From the NCBI GenBank assembly GCA_004431415.1, contig QPMI01000663.1:1-62741 (forward strand): a stretch of 62,741 bases of DNA. Reading direction: 5' to 3'. Below, piece after piece: positions 24,596 to 37,692 of the stretch; position 1 is the stretch's first letter; each line of letters starts with the position of its first letter. Source of the DNA: Cyanophora paradoxa CCMP329 (Eukaryota; Plantae; Glaucophyta). The translations under genes were made by a program, and so were the position numbers. The notes below the pieces were generated by a model, which was not told where the DNA came from, did not search any database, and was given only the letters and a program-made list of their open reading frames with translations.

Positions 24596-27500
24596 ATGGA
24601 TCCGGTAGTTCCAGTGCAAGGTGCGCATGCGTCTCGGGCCAGCCGCTGAATGTTTCGCTCAATTGCAATGATCGTCGCGGATTTCAGGTTCCAGTGTTGC
24701 TGGTGCCGCCGAGGGCGGGCGTCACAAGTCAGTCGACGTCTCCAAAGTGCCCTCTGTGGCGGAGATTTCGATTACGGTGCCGATAGCACGGGGCGTAACT
24801 GACACAAATGAAGAATTCGTACGCCCTAATGTGATTATGATTGAGCAAACAGCGATGGAGAAAGCAATTCGTGCGCGCGCGCGCGCGCGGTCGGCTGCGG
24901 AGACGCAGCAACCCACCGGTAATTTTAACACGAAACGGCAGGTACCTTTGTTTCCATGTCGGGCACACTTATTGAGTTGCTGAATTCAACGGAATCGCTC
25001 TCTGTCGGGTATATCGATCTGCACCCTGTCACCACAAAGAAGAACGTGAACCCAAGCAAAGTGGACGTTGTGCCGATTCCGTATTTTCTCTTTCAAATCG
25101 CTTTTCACCTCAAATCGCTCGCCCGTTATCATGAATGTGGAAGCGAAAGACCCTGTCCGTGGTCGACCCCCATTCTGCGCCTTCACGGAGATCTCGCGCC
25201 AAGTGCGAGAACCCACATTGGTTTGCCCCTGGGGTCTCGCCTAACTTTGAGCAAAGATTCTTCCGATGAGCTCGACGTGATAAGAAGAAACGCCGATCGT
25301 GGGGGGTTTTTTTCGATGGTTCGTATATGAAGCTTGATTATTGATAAATCATAACGTTGCGCGCCTACTTGGTTGAATGAGACACGTTTAATTTTCACAT
25401 TCGCAGATGTCGACGTTCGGGGGAGAAGATGACCCCGGGCTCGGCAGCTCCGCAGGCACTTCCTCCGGTACGAGATTAATATTCGAGTGAAGCAAATCTG
25501 TGGAGCCCCGGAAATACACCTCGTTGACTACGTGTGCAATGCATCGGCCCGATCAGGTATGCCCAAGCGGAACGTCTTGGTCATCGAGCGGTGGTCGCAG
25601 ATTCAATACCGTGAGTTTCCCCTCAGGACCTGCCTGGCAAATTAGAGCGCCAACACTCGACGCTCGTCGTTTCGATTTCCCACCAAAATCCCGCACTCAT
25701 TCGTTTGCATCCGCCCGCTCCCCGCCGCCTCGCCGCCACTGTACTTTAGGTGCATGTGCTTCCGCACTCCATACAGCCGAGGGCACGGAGGAGGGGTTGC
25801 CTAGCGAGGAGGTGGTACCCAGCGACGAGGCGACTGGCCATGAGGACCCGTTCCCGCGATCGTCCTTGTTCGATGAAGTTGGGCGCTCGCCCCCGGGTCC
25901 GTGCTTCTTCGAGTGCGAATATTCGCTGGCGGGCTCGAAATGACCAGCGTGCGTGTGCACAACATGTACAGCCGCAGCCGCAGCGCGGGCGATCGAAAGG
26001 TCTCCCGCCGAGGTCTCGGCCACTGGCTCGCCCCAAGTCCCGACGGTGGCGAGTCCTGCGCCCGATATCGATGCGGCATTGCTCGAGGGACGCGGCTCGG
26101 GCGAGCCTAGTGGTGACGTCCACGCGCGCTGTAATAGGTGCGCGATTTTGAAACCCGATTTTTTGCATCCAATCTGGTTTCCTGCACCGCGCGGCGAACC
26201 CGCTTGTCCCAGCTTTGCAATTGCGCCCGATGCATTGCGGCCGGCCCTCGATTTCGCCTTGGAATTTAATCGAATCGACGTCAAGAAGATTGAAACCCGT
26301 GCGCCCCACTTCCTCTTTTTTACGGACCCCCTGTTATATGCGCACAAGTACACTTGACTTTCTGTGACGCGTGCACGGTTTTGCAGATGCGAGAGACGGC
26401 GCGCATGGGCAGGAGAGCGAAAATGTGCTGTTCCATCTGGTCCTCGGCGAAGGCGATCCAAAGGATCTCTGCGACGCCTTTGTTGCGCTGTCGACGTTTC
26501 CCGAGATCCACCGCGCGGTGAGCGATCGCGGGCCTCGAAGAAATACGAGTCTCAGTTTTCACTCCGCACACCCGCAGATAGAACAAAGTATTCAGCAAAT
26601 ATTGGATTCAATGGGCCCAGGCTGCGGCGAGGTCGAGCTGATGGGGTGTCGCAGCGGATCCGTCGTTGTCATGTTCCGTGTCCTTTTTAAGAGCGCCGGC
26701 AATGGAAAGGCGTTCAAAGAATTTCTCGAGCAGTGCATCACGGATGGGCGACTCGCCGAATTCTTCAAGGAGCACAGCAAAAATGTGGATATCAGCGGCA
26801 AATTTGGCGGTGACCGTCGGCACGTCGACGCACAGCAGTATCATGTCGGAAAAGGGAAAGCAACGTCCCTTGCCGACGTCCGCCCGTCTCTGGCGTACGT
26901 GGAGAGCTCGTCGAGTGCGGGCACCGCCCCTTCTGCCGCCGCCGTGGGTCGCCGCGACCGGGAGGACGCTGCGGAGGAGGATGCGCAAGGTAATGCTGTC
27001 GTGGGCGTCGCGATCCTCCCATTTGAGCTGATCATGACAATTAACGGCACACTTGTATGTATGTACGCGGCGCAGCCAAGGTGCACCGGAGCCTCCACAA
27101 AAGATTCAACGTCGACTCCCAAATAATCCGGCCGGAACAGCTGAAAAGCCCCGTACGTTTGACCAAGGTCGAGTTGGGGGACGATTTCTCACTCGAGGGA
27201 TTGCGCCAGGGGGAACTCCAGCGCTTCTACACGTTCGAGGATGCAGGTCTTAATCGCGCGAATGTCTACGGCGTGTGGGGAGTTCCGCACGAGAATCCGA
27301 AAGGAGGCCGTAGTATTGAACAGCACATTGTGGAGAAGCTTAATTGGCCCGTATACGTATCGGAAGAGCATGTGCCCCCCGCGCCGGCGAGCTTCAGCTC
27401 GAGGGGCGAACCCCAGCGGGCGGTGCTCATTCCGTTCAAGGGGTTCGGGGACGCTTCGACCAACATGGTTCGCGCTAGCGCTCGATTGCATTGCAAACAG

Positions 27501-30500
27501 CACAAGAAACCACACCAGAGCCCTGAATCTGACATTCACGCGTGCAGTCTACGACGTGGGACTTGAGCGAGGACAACGGCCTCACCCGCCGCCCCCTCTT
27601 CATCGGACCCAGTCACCCTGGACACACAGTCGAAGCGTCCGAGATCGAACAGGCCGAGAAAATTGCCCTCGGTCAGATCGTGTCGCGCGCCAATGCAAGC
27701 ACATCCTACGGCGTGGTGTTCGTGGGTGCGAGCGAGTGCTCGAGATTCCGTCTGGCTCGCACCGCGCGCACGGCCGACAGCGGGATCCCGCAGGACTGCA
27801 GGCGTCGTACATCGTCGAAAACTACATGGAGGCGCTCTTTCACGAGATGGAGCAGCTCAAGGGGGAACTCCGAAAGAAGAAATCCGGCGGCGGCGCTCAG
27901 CCAAAGCAGCTCAGGGCGGGGCGGGAGGATGCCGAATTTCGCAAGCAGTTCAAGGTCGACAAATACTACCTGCGCAAAGACAAGAAGTGGGCGCCGATAT
28001 CGCCCGACGACGCGGAATTCGTGAGCGCTTGGCTTTTAGGAGATTTTGCTCGGCGAGTTCAATTTCGTCTCACCCGAATCGCACATGTTTGCGAGCAGAA
28101 GGAGAAGATATGCATTTTGTATCAGATGCCGAATTATGAGAAGGAGAAGGGCACGGGGCGGAAAACCGAGACGTACTTCACGCTGGAGAACTACTTCTTT
28201 CAGTGCTGCTCCGGCGGAGACGACGAGAACATGCGTTTCGAATTCGGCGGTTCCGACACCGGTATCCTTCGAAAGCTCTATCCCGGACTCGAATCCGGAG
28301 GTTCCCGCAAGACCGCGAGGGAGTGTGTTGTGCTCATCCTCCTCGAGCCGGCGCCGGCGCCACAGGGCGGATCGGGAGACGAGATGGAGGTAGATGGCCA
28401 GGGCGGCGAGCCCAAGGCGGCCCTCCGGTTCCGCCCGCGCCGCGCGTTCTTCGTCAACGAGTTGAGCGTGATTCCCGCGGAGAAGCTTCTCCGCGAAAAA
28501 ACCTGCATTTGGGCCTTTACAGGTGCGGCGATGCGGTGCGGCGTTGCGCGCGTTGGGCCGCGCAATCCCTTTCCCGTCCCCAACGCGCCGCCGCAGAGGA
28601 TCGCTACAAAGCCCGAGTGCAGCGCGAGGACCCCGATTTTGTGTCCGATGCATCGCTAAAGTCGAAGCCCCCACCCAAGGACGGGATGCAGTTCTGCGTC
28701 GACGTCGAGGAGGGCAGTCTCGCCGAGCAGTGGGACGCGTGTGCTGCAAAGCTACGGAAGCTCCAGGATGAGAGGCGGGGCACCTTCCTGGAGCTCGGCT
28801 GGACACAGGCGCGCAAGGGCGAGCGCAAGAGCACGCGCCACAAAGAGGCGAGCTTCATCGTCGACAATCCCGTCGCCCAGGCGCTCGGCATCGAGGTGCG
28901 GAATCTGCCCAAGGCCCCTTTGACTTTGGGCGGTGGTACCGGCGGCGGCGGTACGCACAAGAGCTCGTCAAAGTCGAGCACGGACTTTGACGAGGAGTAC
29001 TGGAAGGCGGCCAACGTCGGCGAGCAGGCCATCGCGGCGGCGGGCGGTCGAAACGAGGACGCGCAGGTGATCCTGTCCGCCGTCTTCCGAACGATACAGG
29101 ACCCAAAGTCTTACGAGAACATCACACTCGAGAGCCTCGGTTCGCACAACGCGGGATGATCCATTGCGCCCCGCTCGACCGCAGCAGACGTGTGCACATG
29201 CGCAGGCTCCACGGAAAAGCTGCGCTTTGCGAGGCGGGCGATCAAGCAGCTGATGGATCAGACGGGGAGGTATTCGAAGGGTATTTTCGGTCGCGGGAGC
29301 AAGGGTATCTTGTTGTACGGGCCGCCGGTGCGCTCGTGTGCACGCACGCGCCGTTGACGTTGCCCCGGTCAGGCGCGCTTTTCTCACCGACCCCTCCTCG
29401 TTCCGCAGGGAATCGGGAAGACTCAGATCATCCGGGCAATTGCAAAAGAGTGCAAGGCCACGTTCTTTCTGGTAACGCGCGGCACCATCTTCAGCAAATG
29501 GGTGCGACATCTCGTGCCCCCTCTCCGTGATCTTTGCGGCTCGATCGTCGCGCGTGACAGACCGGCGTGGCGGAGGCGAGCATGGAGACGCTCTTCTGCA
29601 TCGCCCGCCACAGGGCCCCATCGATTATTTTCATCGAGTACGCTTTCTTTCATTCGAGAAGCTCGAGCTCCGCGCGGAGAATCTAATGACTTGGCCCCTG
29701 TTTCCCTCCCCGTCGCCACCAGCGAGCTGGAGTCCTTGGCGTCGAATCGGACGGAGAACTCGCACGATTCTCAGATCGTAAACGTGGTAAGAAAACGAAT
29801 TTTCCGCACCCCCTTGCGCGATTCCGCCTCGCCATCCGGCGCCCGACGGCTCCCTCTGCTGTGCAGATTCTCCAGCAGATCGATGGATTCGTAAAGACGG
29901 AGCAGAGTCGCATTCTCATCGTCGCCGCCACGAACCACCGAGAGTACGTCGATCAGGCCATGCTGGACAGGCTCCCCAACCAGTGCGTCGGGCCACGGGG
30001 CGCGCCGTTCTCCGGCCCCCGGCTCACCGCGCCCGCAGCATCGAGCTGAAGCTCCCGACCGAGGAGGATCTCAAGCGCGTCCTCCTCGCCGACATAGCAG
30101 AGGCGGACGCGGCAAAGGATCTCGTCTACAAGTTTCAGCTGTCCGTTAAGGAGATCGATGCGTTTTGCAAAGAAGCGGCGGGAAAGGATGCAAAGATCTC
30201 GTACCGCGGCTATGCGTCCGTCATCAAACGCGCCGTCGACGAGAGCATCGTGAATGACGAGTGGGATTCCCTCGAGAGCGTTGACGACGGGCAGCGGGAT
30301 GGCTCCCCCGGCGCGGGTGGGGGCCAGGCCAAGCAAGAGACCTACCTGGTCAACGCGGAGCGCCTGATGGCCGCCTTGACGTGGTACGCGGGGCGCCAGA
30401 AGAAGCCCGGCGAGACATCGTACTCGGCGGCTTCCTTTGCGGGCCGCAACGCCGCCCCGTCACGTACGGTCTTTGGCACAAACGAGATGCTCGGCGCGCT

Positions 30501-31736
30501 GGCGAAGCACGCGGGCGTCCTGGAGGCAATCGTGAGCCGGATCGAGCGGATGAACGCCAGCGACCAGCAGCAGTGGAAGATTAACGACCAGATTCTGCGG
30601 ACGCTCCAGTCGCTTGAGCAACTCGTGAGCTCGCAGGCGAGCGTTTTCACACAGATCCTCCACGGCAACAGCGCCGCTGGACTGTTGTTCGGGGGCGGGC
30701 GGGCCGCTCCGGGCCACTGCCTCTTGTGCAAGCGGATCACCGCGGATGGCGAAGATCCGCGGGGCGGCGGCGCGCAGAGATCCGTGAGGGCCTCCTTGGT
30801 GCGGAGGGTTTTCTGGGCCATTTCACATACACTCCTTGGACTCTCAGCAGAAGTGACACTCGTCCAGATGGAGATCGACAGCGCTAGCGGGCCCTCGGCC
30901 CCCAGCGTCGTGTCCCCCACGTTTACGCACGCCGGCGTTGCATCGGAGAAGATGGTGCGTGCAGTTAGTTGTGTGGTGCATGTCCTCTCCTGAATTTTTC
31001 TGATAAACTCCACTCACCAAACAGGAAGGCGACGAGCTCGCGCCGCTTTCCGATCCGACTTCGCCGCCGGGACAGGTGCTCGAGGCGGGCTCCCCGAGCC
31101 TTCCTCCCCACAAGCCCGCCGCCGGCTCGCTCGGCGACATGGCATCCTACGCCGTGAAGTACATTCAACAAGGTCCGTGCCGGCCATCGGAATCTCGCCC
31201 GTCCAGATACCAATCGACCGGCCGAAAACAAAAGCGCGAGAGTTTTGGGTAGACTCCAACAAGGAAGGATCGGAGGCCGGACAGGAGCAGCCGTGGGATG
31301 GCTACATAATATGGTGCAATTCCATCAAGGTCCAGGGCACGGAAATGCCCGCGGGGCGGGGCTGGCTCTGGGTCAACCTGTCAGGAATGTGCCGCGACCA
31401 CCGGTACAAGCTCAGAGCCGGCGAGCTGGATCAACTTCGGAAGTTACTCCTGTGCGTTTTTACACGTAGTGCGGCGAACGGTCGTCGTCGCTCGCGGACC
31501 TTTTTGAAATGATACCGGACGCGCGCGCAGAGAGCGGCTCAAACTGGACTCGGCCGATGCCTTTCGGGACGGGGAGCCCGTGTCGCCGCCGACGGCCGCG
31601 GCGGTTGCTCCGAACAAGCTCAAGGGCATCTTCATCTCCCTCGCCAAATTGCACGAGGTGCTCGAGGCCCCGACCCCCTAGCTCGTCCGCGGCCAGCGCC
31701 GAAGTCGTTCCCGCAGCCGCAGATCTAGATATGTGA
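24596..31736 (+). CDS. Large multi-exon protein (possibly more than one gene) containing a classical AAA+ ATPase of the Vps4/katanin/spastin-like clade at ~29200-30260
   Basis: Spliced AAA domain: KGILLYGPP|GIGKTQIIRAIAKECKATFFLVTRGTIFSKW|..E.SMETLFCIARHRAPSIIFI(D)ELESLAS...ILQQIDGF...ILIVAATNHREYVDQAMLDRL. The upstream exons are uncharacterised (GSVVV SEA-like motif at ~26655). Confidence 0.75.
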
Positions 31737-31962
31737 TATCAATTTTGTCACAGTAGAAGATTTCGAAGATTCACAATATACATGAGATTCTAGTGTTCGT
31801 GGTCGCGCACTCTCCGAAAGAGGTGAAATGGGAAATTCGATAGGAAATCACACATTGATCGGCAGCAAATTCCCTCAAGCGACCATCTATCTCAGCATGC
31901 GCACATGCATCTGCGCCCTCGAAATCCGGCGCCCGGCGGCTCGAGATCCACCCAATGTCTAG

Positions 31963-34262
31963 CTAGTCCGCTTCGAGGGGCTTGGGGAAGAGCCCGGCGG
32001 GCATGCCGTCTCCGAGGGCCTTCTGGAGGGTGCGCAGCTGCGTCTCCGTGGCCTGGGCGACGACGGCGAGGTAGCGGAAGAGCTCGAGGGCCCGGACGGT
32101 GCCGACGACCTTGGTGTAGTCCGGGTACTCGCGGATGAGTGCGGCGACGCACATCATGACCTTGTACGTTCGCTGGTCCACGGGGAAGTGGGCCGCGCGC
32201 AGCGCGGGGCCAAACTTTTCCTCCACCGCCACCCCCACGCTGGGCCACTGCAGGTGCTCCTTGCCCTTGCCGCGGAGGCTCTTGCGCCGATCAAAGGATC
32301 GCTTGGCGCCGCCCACCGTGCTCTCGATGTGGTGGAGCATGGCCGCCGAGAGGACGAAGCCCGCGCGGGTCCGCCGGTCCTCCGCCTTGATGAAGACCCT
32401 CTTGAGCGCCTCCAGGATGGGGCCCGTGACCCGCTCGCCGATGTCGAAGGGGTCTTCGCCCTTGCCGAGGTCTTCCTCGCACTGCTTGAGCGCGAGCTGC
32501 GCCGGCTCGTTCTCCTCGCCCGCATCGTTCTTCTTGCTCCTCTTCTTCGACTTGGCCCCCGAGCTCGAACTGGCAAACGGCGCCGCAGGGTCGGGCTCCA
32601 CGTAGGCCCTCCGGAGCACGGTGTGCATGTGCTCGGACTTGAGCATATCCTTCCGGATCTTCTTGCCCTCCTCGCCGTCGTCGAGACTCGCGTCGTTGCC
32701 CAGCTCGGGTGCGTTTACGTCGTCGTCGTTGACCACCACCTCCTCCTCCTCCTCCTGCTGCTGCTGCTGCTCCTGCTCGTCAAGAGCGTCGGCCTCCCCC
32801 GGGCCCCCGGCTGCGCTGTTTCCGCCCGCGGCGCCTTTGCCCTTCTTCTCCTGTGCCGTCGTCTTCGTCTTGGTCTTCTTTCCCTTCTGCTCCTCGGACT
32901 CACTCGCGCTCCTCCCAGCCTCCTCGGCCTCCCCGGCCTCCCGTGGCCGCTTCGAATCGTTGCCCTTGCGGCGCGGCGTCGTCCTGGCCGCGGCGTCGTC
33001 GGTCTTGAGCTGTTCTGTCTTGCGGCGCTCTCTCTTCAAACTCTCGTCGAGAATATTGTTCGGGTCGACACCGGCTGCGGGCAACCGCGCTCGGCGCGCG
33101 CGTGGACGCGCCGTGGGGCGAGGGCGCGGCGCGCACCGGCCTTGCGAGGGCGCGGCGGCGCCTGCCTGTCCGGCGATTCTTTTTCGCCGCGCCGATCAAT
33201 AGGATTGGACGCCCCTGCAAAGCCCAAAGCGGTCGATCGGCGGGGGAGGGGTTGGGCGGGGGGGGAGGCAGGGTCAAGGGGAGGGGGGGAGGGGGCGGGA
33301 CCGACGAGCACCCTCGCTATAGGGCGGCGCGGGCAGGGCCGAAGGGCCTGCATGCACGTGCAGATGAGCCGCCGGGAGCGGGGGCCGGGTCGAGGGGCCT
33401 GCGGCTGCGCGCACGCGGAGATGAGCCGCTGGAGCCAAGGCATGGTCCGCGCGGGGGCCGGGCGCACCCACGGGTCCGACGCCCGAGCCCTTCTCGTAGA
33501 TCGTCGCGATCTGCGTCATGTACTTTCCGGGCTTCATGGCGCCGCTCGTCCGCGCATCCTCCTCTTTCTTGCTCGTCAGCCGCCGCGCCCAGAGCAACGC
33601 CAGCAGCGCCGGGGAGTCCACGAGCTCGCGCGCGTCGATGTCATGGTGCTCTTCGCAGAACCGACACGTGTGAGCGTCTGCCGGATCCCCCCGCGTGAGC
33701 GAGGCGCGCGCCGGCGCCGCGCACGGCGCCCCCGAACGCGCACCCGACGCCGCCGCATCGACTCCTGCGCCGCCTGCGCGGGGAGGGCCGTCAGCGCGAG
33801 CGTACGCGGACCCGGCGCGGCTAGCTATCGCTTGCACGCCGACGCGTGCGCGGGGCCTAGCGCGGAGCGGCGGGGCCGGGGGTGGACGGCGCGCCTGTAC
33901 CTTCGCCGTCGGCGGGCGAGAAGACGCAGTTCGGACAGCGCACGCCGGCGCCGTTTTCGAGTGCTCGCTGGATCAACTTGAAGATTTCCGAGGGCTTGTC
34001 CGAGGGCTCCTTGAGCTCCGCGAGGAATCCCTCGTCGTCCAGCAGAGTCTCGTCGAGCAGCTTCAGCAGGACCGCCGCGCCGGACTGTGCGTCTCCCTTT
34101 GCGCTCTGTAGCTCCTCCAAGACGCACGCTAGGACGAGCGGCGGGCCAGAGTCCCACACGCAGCGGCCGCACGCCGCCGTCCACCCGGACGCATCGAGCG
34201 CTTCAGCTACGGGAAAGACTTTCTTGCCGAGCGCGTTGCCCTCTACTGCGCTATCGCCCATG
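31963..34262 (-). CDS. Multi-exon hypothetical protein with CxxC pairs, acidic/basic low-complexity region and helical C-terminal domain
   Basis: MGDSAVEG...CGRC...CPNC...CRFCEEHH followed by ORF 31963-33084, joined by short introns. Confidence 0.55.
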
Positions 34263-35169
34263 GGCCGGGGGAGCGCGCGCCGGGTTGTGCAGCTGCGGCC
34301 GTGCGATGAACGGTTGTACCCCCCGGCTTGAATCGTCGAAACTCTACGATTCAGGATCTCGGCGCGCGCTGCGCCGCCGGCGTCAAATGCGGCGGCTAGT
34401 GGGCCGCTAGCGCTTACAACCGCGCTTTCTGTTGCGTTTTCCACCCGGAGCCGGGCCGTAGCCGAGAGCGGGCCTATCGTCGGACCGTCCCGGGTCCGGC
34501 GGACGCGCCGGGACGCCGGCGCAGGCGGATTTGCAGTCGAGTGCCGATTGAGCACCGCGCTGCGCTGCGTGCTGCCCAGCGCGGACTCCGGGAGCGGCGT
34601 TTCGCAGTGGCCTCGCGCCCTGATGCGCTGATCCGCCCCAGCGCGCTACTAGGCTAGCGCCAGCTTGCTTACTAGCCTTACTAGCTTACTAGCGTGTACG
34701 CTTTGCGACCACGTGTTTGCGCTCGTGCGGTGCGCATGCTCCCTGCGAGCTCGGACTGCCTTGAGGCACGTGAATCCCTTCATTCTTGCATGCAAGGATG
34801 ACCCCTGTAAACGATAGTATACTTCCGACGATCAGCATCTCGGTGCGCACGTGTATCAGACGCACACGTGCACACGCGCTCACTGTTAATGCTCGGCCGC
34901 GCAACGGGGCTACACGTCTTTGCCGCGGTACACGCGCGCTAGCACGTCGGAAAGCGCATGCGCACGCGCAGCTGCAGCCGGTCGGGCCGTGGGAACCCGT
35001 CGGCGGCGCGTGCGGGCGGCTGCGGCTTGGAATCCAAAATCGAAACTAGTACTCGAGCGATTCGAGCTGCCGGGCGCTCGGCAATAGATTCGGCGAGCTC
35101 GAGTCGGCGAGCTTCGCTCCACGTGTTCGAGTGAACGGTACTTTCCCCCCCCTCGCCCCCTCTGGTACC

Positions 35170-35975
35170 ACGCTGACAAGAGCTCGGCCGTTTCCAGGTC
35201 TACGGAGCAACGTCCTGCGCTGCGCACCAGCCCGTGACCCCATACCCCCCGCGTGCACGTGGGCTCTCGCGCAACCCGCGCCCCTTTTTTTTCTGCCCCC
35301 ACAGGTCGCCGAAGCTTTCGCGCGACTCGGGGGTTCCTGTGCGGGCCGCTTTTCGTGCGAGTATGGCCTCTCGCAACGGGGTACAGATCGTTCTGCCCCC
35401 CTCTTCTAGACCTGGGATCGGCCGAGCTCTGGTCGGCGGCGAAAGAGGGGTACAGATCGTTCGGCCCCCCTCTTCTAGACCTGGGATCGGCCGAGCTCTG
35501 GTCGGCGCCGCGGCGGCCGCGGTGAAAGAGGGGTACAGATCGTTCTGCCCCCCTCTTCTAGACCTGCGATCGGCCGAGCTCTGGTCGGCGCCGCGGCGGC
35601 CGCGGTGAAAGAGGGGGTAGAGTGTAGCTCGGAATTTTTTCGTGTGTTCCGGATCCTATCCTCTCTCGAGCCACCCCACACCCTCCCGCTCTCTACCCCA
35701 AGCGCATCGACAAGACGCCGCAGATGGCGGCTGCAGGGTACGCTAATTTTTGGAGAAGCTCCGCAGGTTCGCGTGCGTGAGGGGGTACGAGTCGCCCTCG
35801 CACTCCTCTCTCGGCCGTGGATCGGCCGAGCTCTGCGATCTGGTTGGGTATCGAAGAGAGGGGTAGGGCGCCGGGCCGGCACGGCGCTCACCACTACCCC
35901 CCCTCCCCCCCCCCCCCCCCCCCCCACACACCCCCGACCAGAGGTCGGCCAATTCCGGGTCTACGCGTGACACAG
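35170..35975. repeat. Motif cluster 2, including 3 tandem ~68-81 bp units (35378-35620)
   Basis: ggggtacagatcgttc..cccccctcttctagacctgggatcggccgagctctggtcggcg x3, with further copies at ~35178 (rev), 35820 and 35935 (rev). Confidence 0.92.
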
Positions 35976-36005
35976 GGGGTACGTATACGGCAGCGTGACC
36001 TCCCA
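35840..36005 (+). repeat. Left arm of ~160-bp inverted repeat (partner 38582-38739)
   Basis: ctggttgggtatcga..gaggggtagggcgccgggccggcacggcgctcaccactacccccc...cgaccagaggtcggccaattccgggtctacgcgtgacacag..gggtacgtatacggcagcgtgacctccca is the reverse complement of 38582-38739. Confidence 0.92.
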
Positions 36006-36072
36006 CCCCCCCCAACCAGAGCAACCCTTTCAATTTCGATTGCATCTCCAAAAATAAGATATATGTATATTT

Positions 36073-36247
36073 CACGATCGGGCGGCGGAAGGGGGCCTGC
36101 AGGCGCAACGCACATGATCGGGCGGCGGGAGGGGCGCGCGGGCGCTATGTACATGTACACGATCGGGCGGCGGGAGGGGCGCGCGGGCGCAACGCACACG
36201 ATCGAGGTGGCGGGAGGGGCGCGCGGGCGCTATGTACACGATCGAGG
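36073..36247 (+). repeat. Short tandem repeat (~40-45 bp x 4)
   Basis: The unit cacgatcgggcggcgggaggggcgcgcgggcgc(aacgca/tatgta) is repeated. Confidence 0.85.
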
Positions 36248-36273
36248 CGACGACCAGGTGCTCCTGGATGCCG

Positions 36274-36972
36274 TTAGAGGTAGTCCTCATCGTCCGACTC
36301 GCCCTCCAGGTCTTCGGCGTGGAGGGCGCAGACCACGAAAAAGCCAAAGGCCTCGTAGGCGTTGGGAACAAGGGGAGACGCCACCGTGTACGTGGTGATC
36401 TCCCAGCCCTTGCGGACGATGCGCGCGTCGGAGCAGACGGCCCGCGCGATCTGGTCCGCGGTCGGCACGTCGGCGCAGACAAAGGCAATGACGCGCTCCT
36501 TGAGGAGGTCGCGGACGTGGCCCGCGACCGCGGCAGCAGACGTGGGCACGATGGGACCGTCGAGGCTCTGGACGGCCGCGCGCGGGACGACCGCGACAAC
36601 CTCGCCCCAGTTAGCAACGAGCGCGTCGCGGTACATGCCGTCGAGGGGAACTTCGAGCGCGGCGGCCGCCCCGGCGAGGCGCGCCGCGGTCGCGTCCACC
36701 GTCGTCGGCACGCCGCGGTCGAACAGCGAGACGGCAAAGGCGCGGTCCTTGGGAAGCTTGTCGTGGAGAACGCCCGCGACCTCCGCGTCCAATTCGGCCT
36801 CGGGATCGTACGCGCTGAAGGCCCGGAGGATGAACGCGTCGAGCTCGGGGTCCGCGTCCGGGAGGCGCGCCAGAGCCGTGGCCCAGGCCGCGGTTGCGGC
36901 CTCGGGCGCGGGCGTGGTGGTCGCCTCGGGCGCGGTCGTGGTCGCGGTGGCGTCGAAGCGGGTGGAAGACAT
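36274..36972 (-). CDS. Intronless hypothetical protein (~232 aa)
   Basis: ORF MSSTRFDATATT...GESDDEDYL with strong GC3 codon bias and a TATA-like aataaaag just upstream. Confidence 0.7.
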   Translation of the reverse strand: MSSTRFDATATTTAPEATTTPAPEAATAAWATALARLPDADPELDAFILRAFSAYDPEAELDAEVAGVLHDKLPKDRAFAVSLFDRGVPTTVDATAARLAGAAAALEVPLDGMYRDALVANWGEVVAVVPRAAVQSLDGPIVPTSAAAVAGHVRDLLKERVIAFVCADVPTADQIARAVCSDARIVRKGWEITTYTVASPLVPNAYEAFGFFVVCALHAEDLEGESDDEDYL

Positions 36973-37692
36973 GGTCGAGGGTGAAGTTGTCGAGGTGCGA
37001 GTGTGGGGATTGCCTGCGCGGGGCACCCCTTTTATTCTGCCGAGCTTTGGGCAGGCTGCTTTCGCCCAATTCGGTCTCGGGGGCGCCCTCCTGCACGACT
37101 CGGTTGCGGATGATTGCCGGCCGTTGGGCGGGGGGTAAGACGCGCTGCAGCGGGGGGTACGGCGGCCCCGGCGCCGCCCCTAGGTGAGCGGACTGGATGC
37201 ATCGTGGCCGGGGCCGACGCGCTCGGCGCCGCGGGGATCCGAGCCCGGTACCTTTCAACCCCTCCTTTCTCTCCCGTACCCGCCTCTGCTTTTCCCCCCC
37301 TGACCGCCATGCAGCCGCTGGGCGGACAGAGGACGCGGGGCGGGACGGGGCGGCCGAGGGCGCTCCCCGCGCAGGCCGTTGGGGCGGGGGTACGGCGGGC
37401 TGCGGCGGGGGGTACGGCGGCCCCCGCACCACCCCTTTTGGCACGCCGCCTGGACGCATCGTGGCCGGGGCCGGCGCGCGCGGCGCCGCAAGAGAGGGCG
37501 AGCCCGGTACGCGTCCGCCCCATGCGCACACGCGCCGCCGCCCCTCGCGCGCCCCTCTGGGCCCCTGGCGGGCGCCCGGCGCGCCCCACGCCAAGCCTCT
37601 CGCGGGCGGGACGATCAAGACGAGACCGCACTCGGTATTGGTACAAGGCGCGCAACGCAGATCACGATCGGGGCGCGCGGGCAGAGGCCTAA

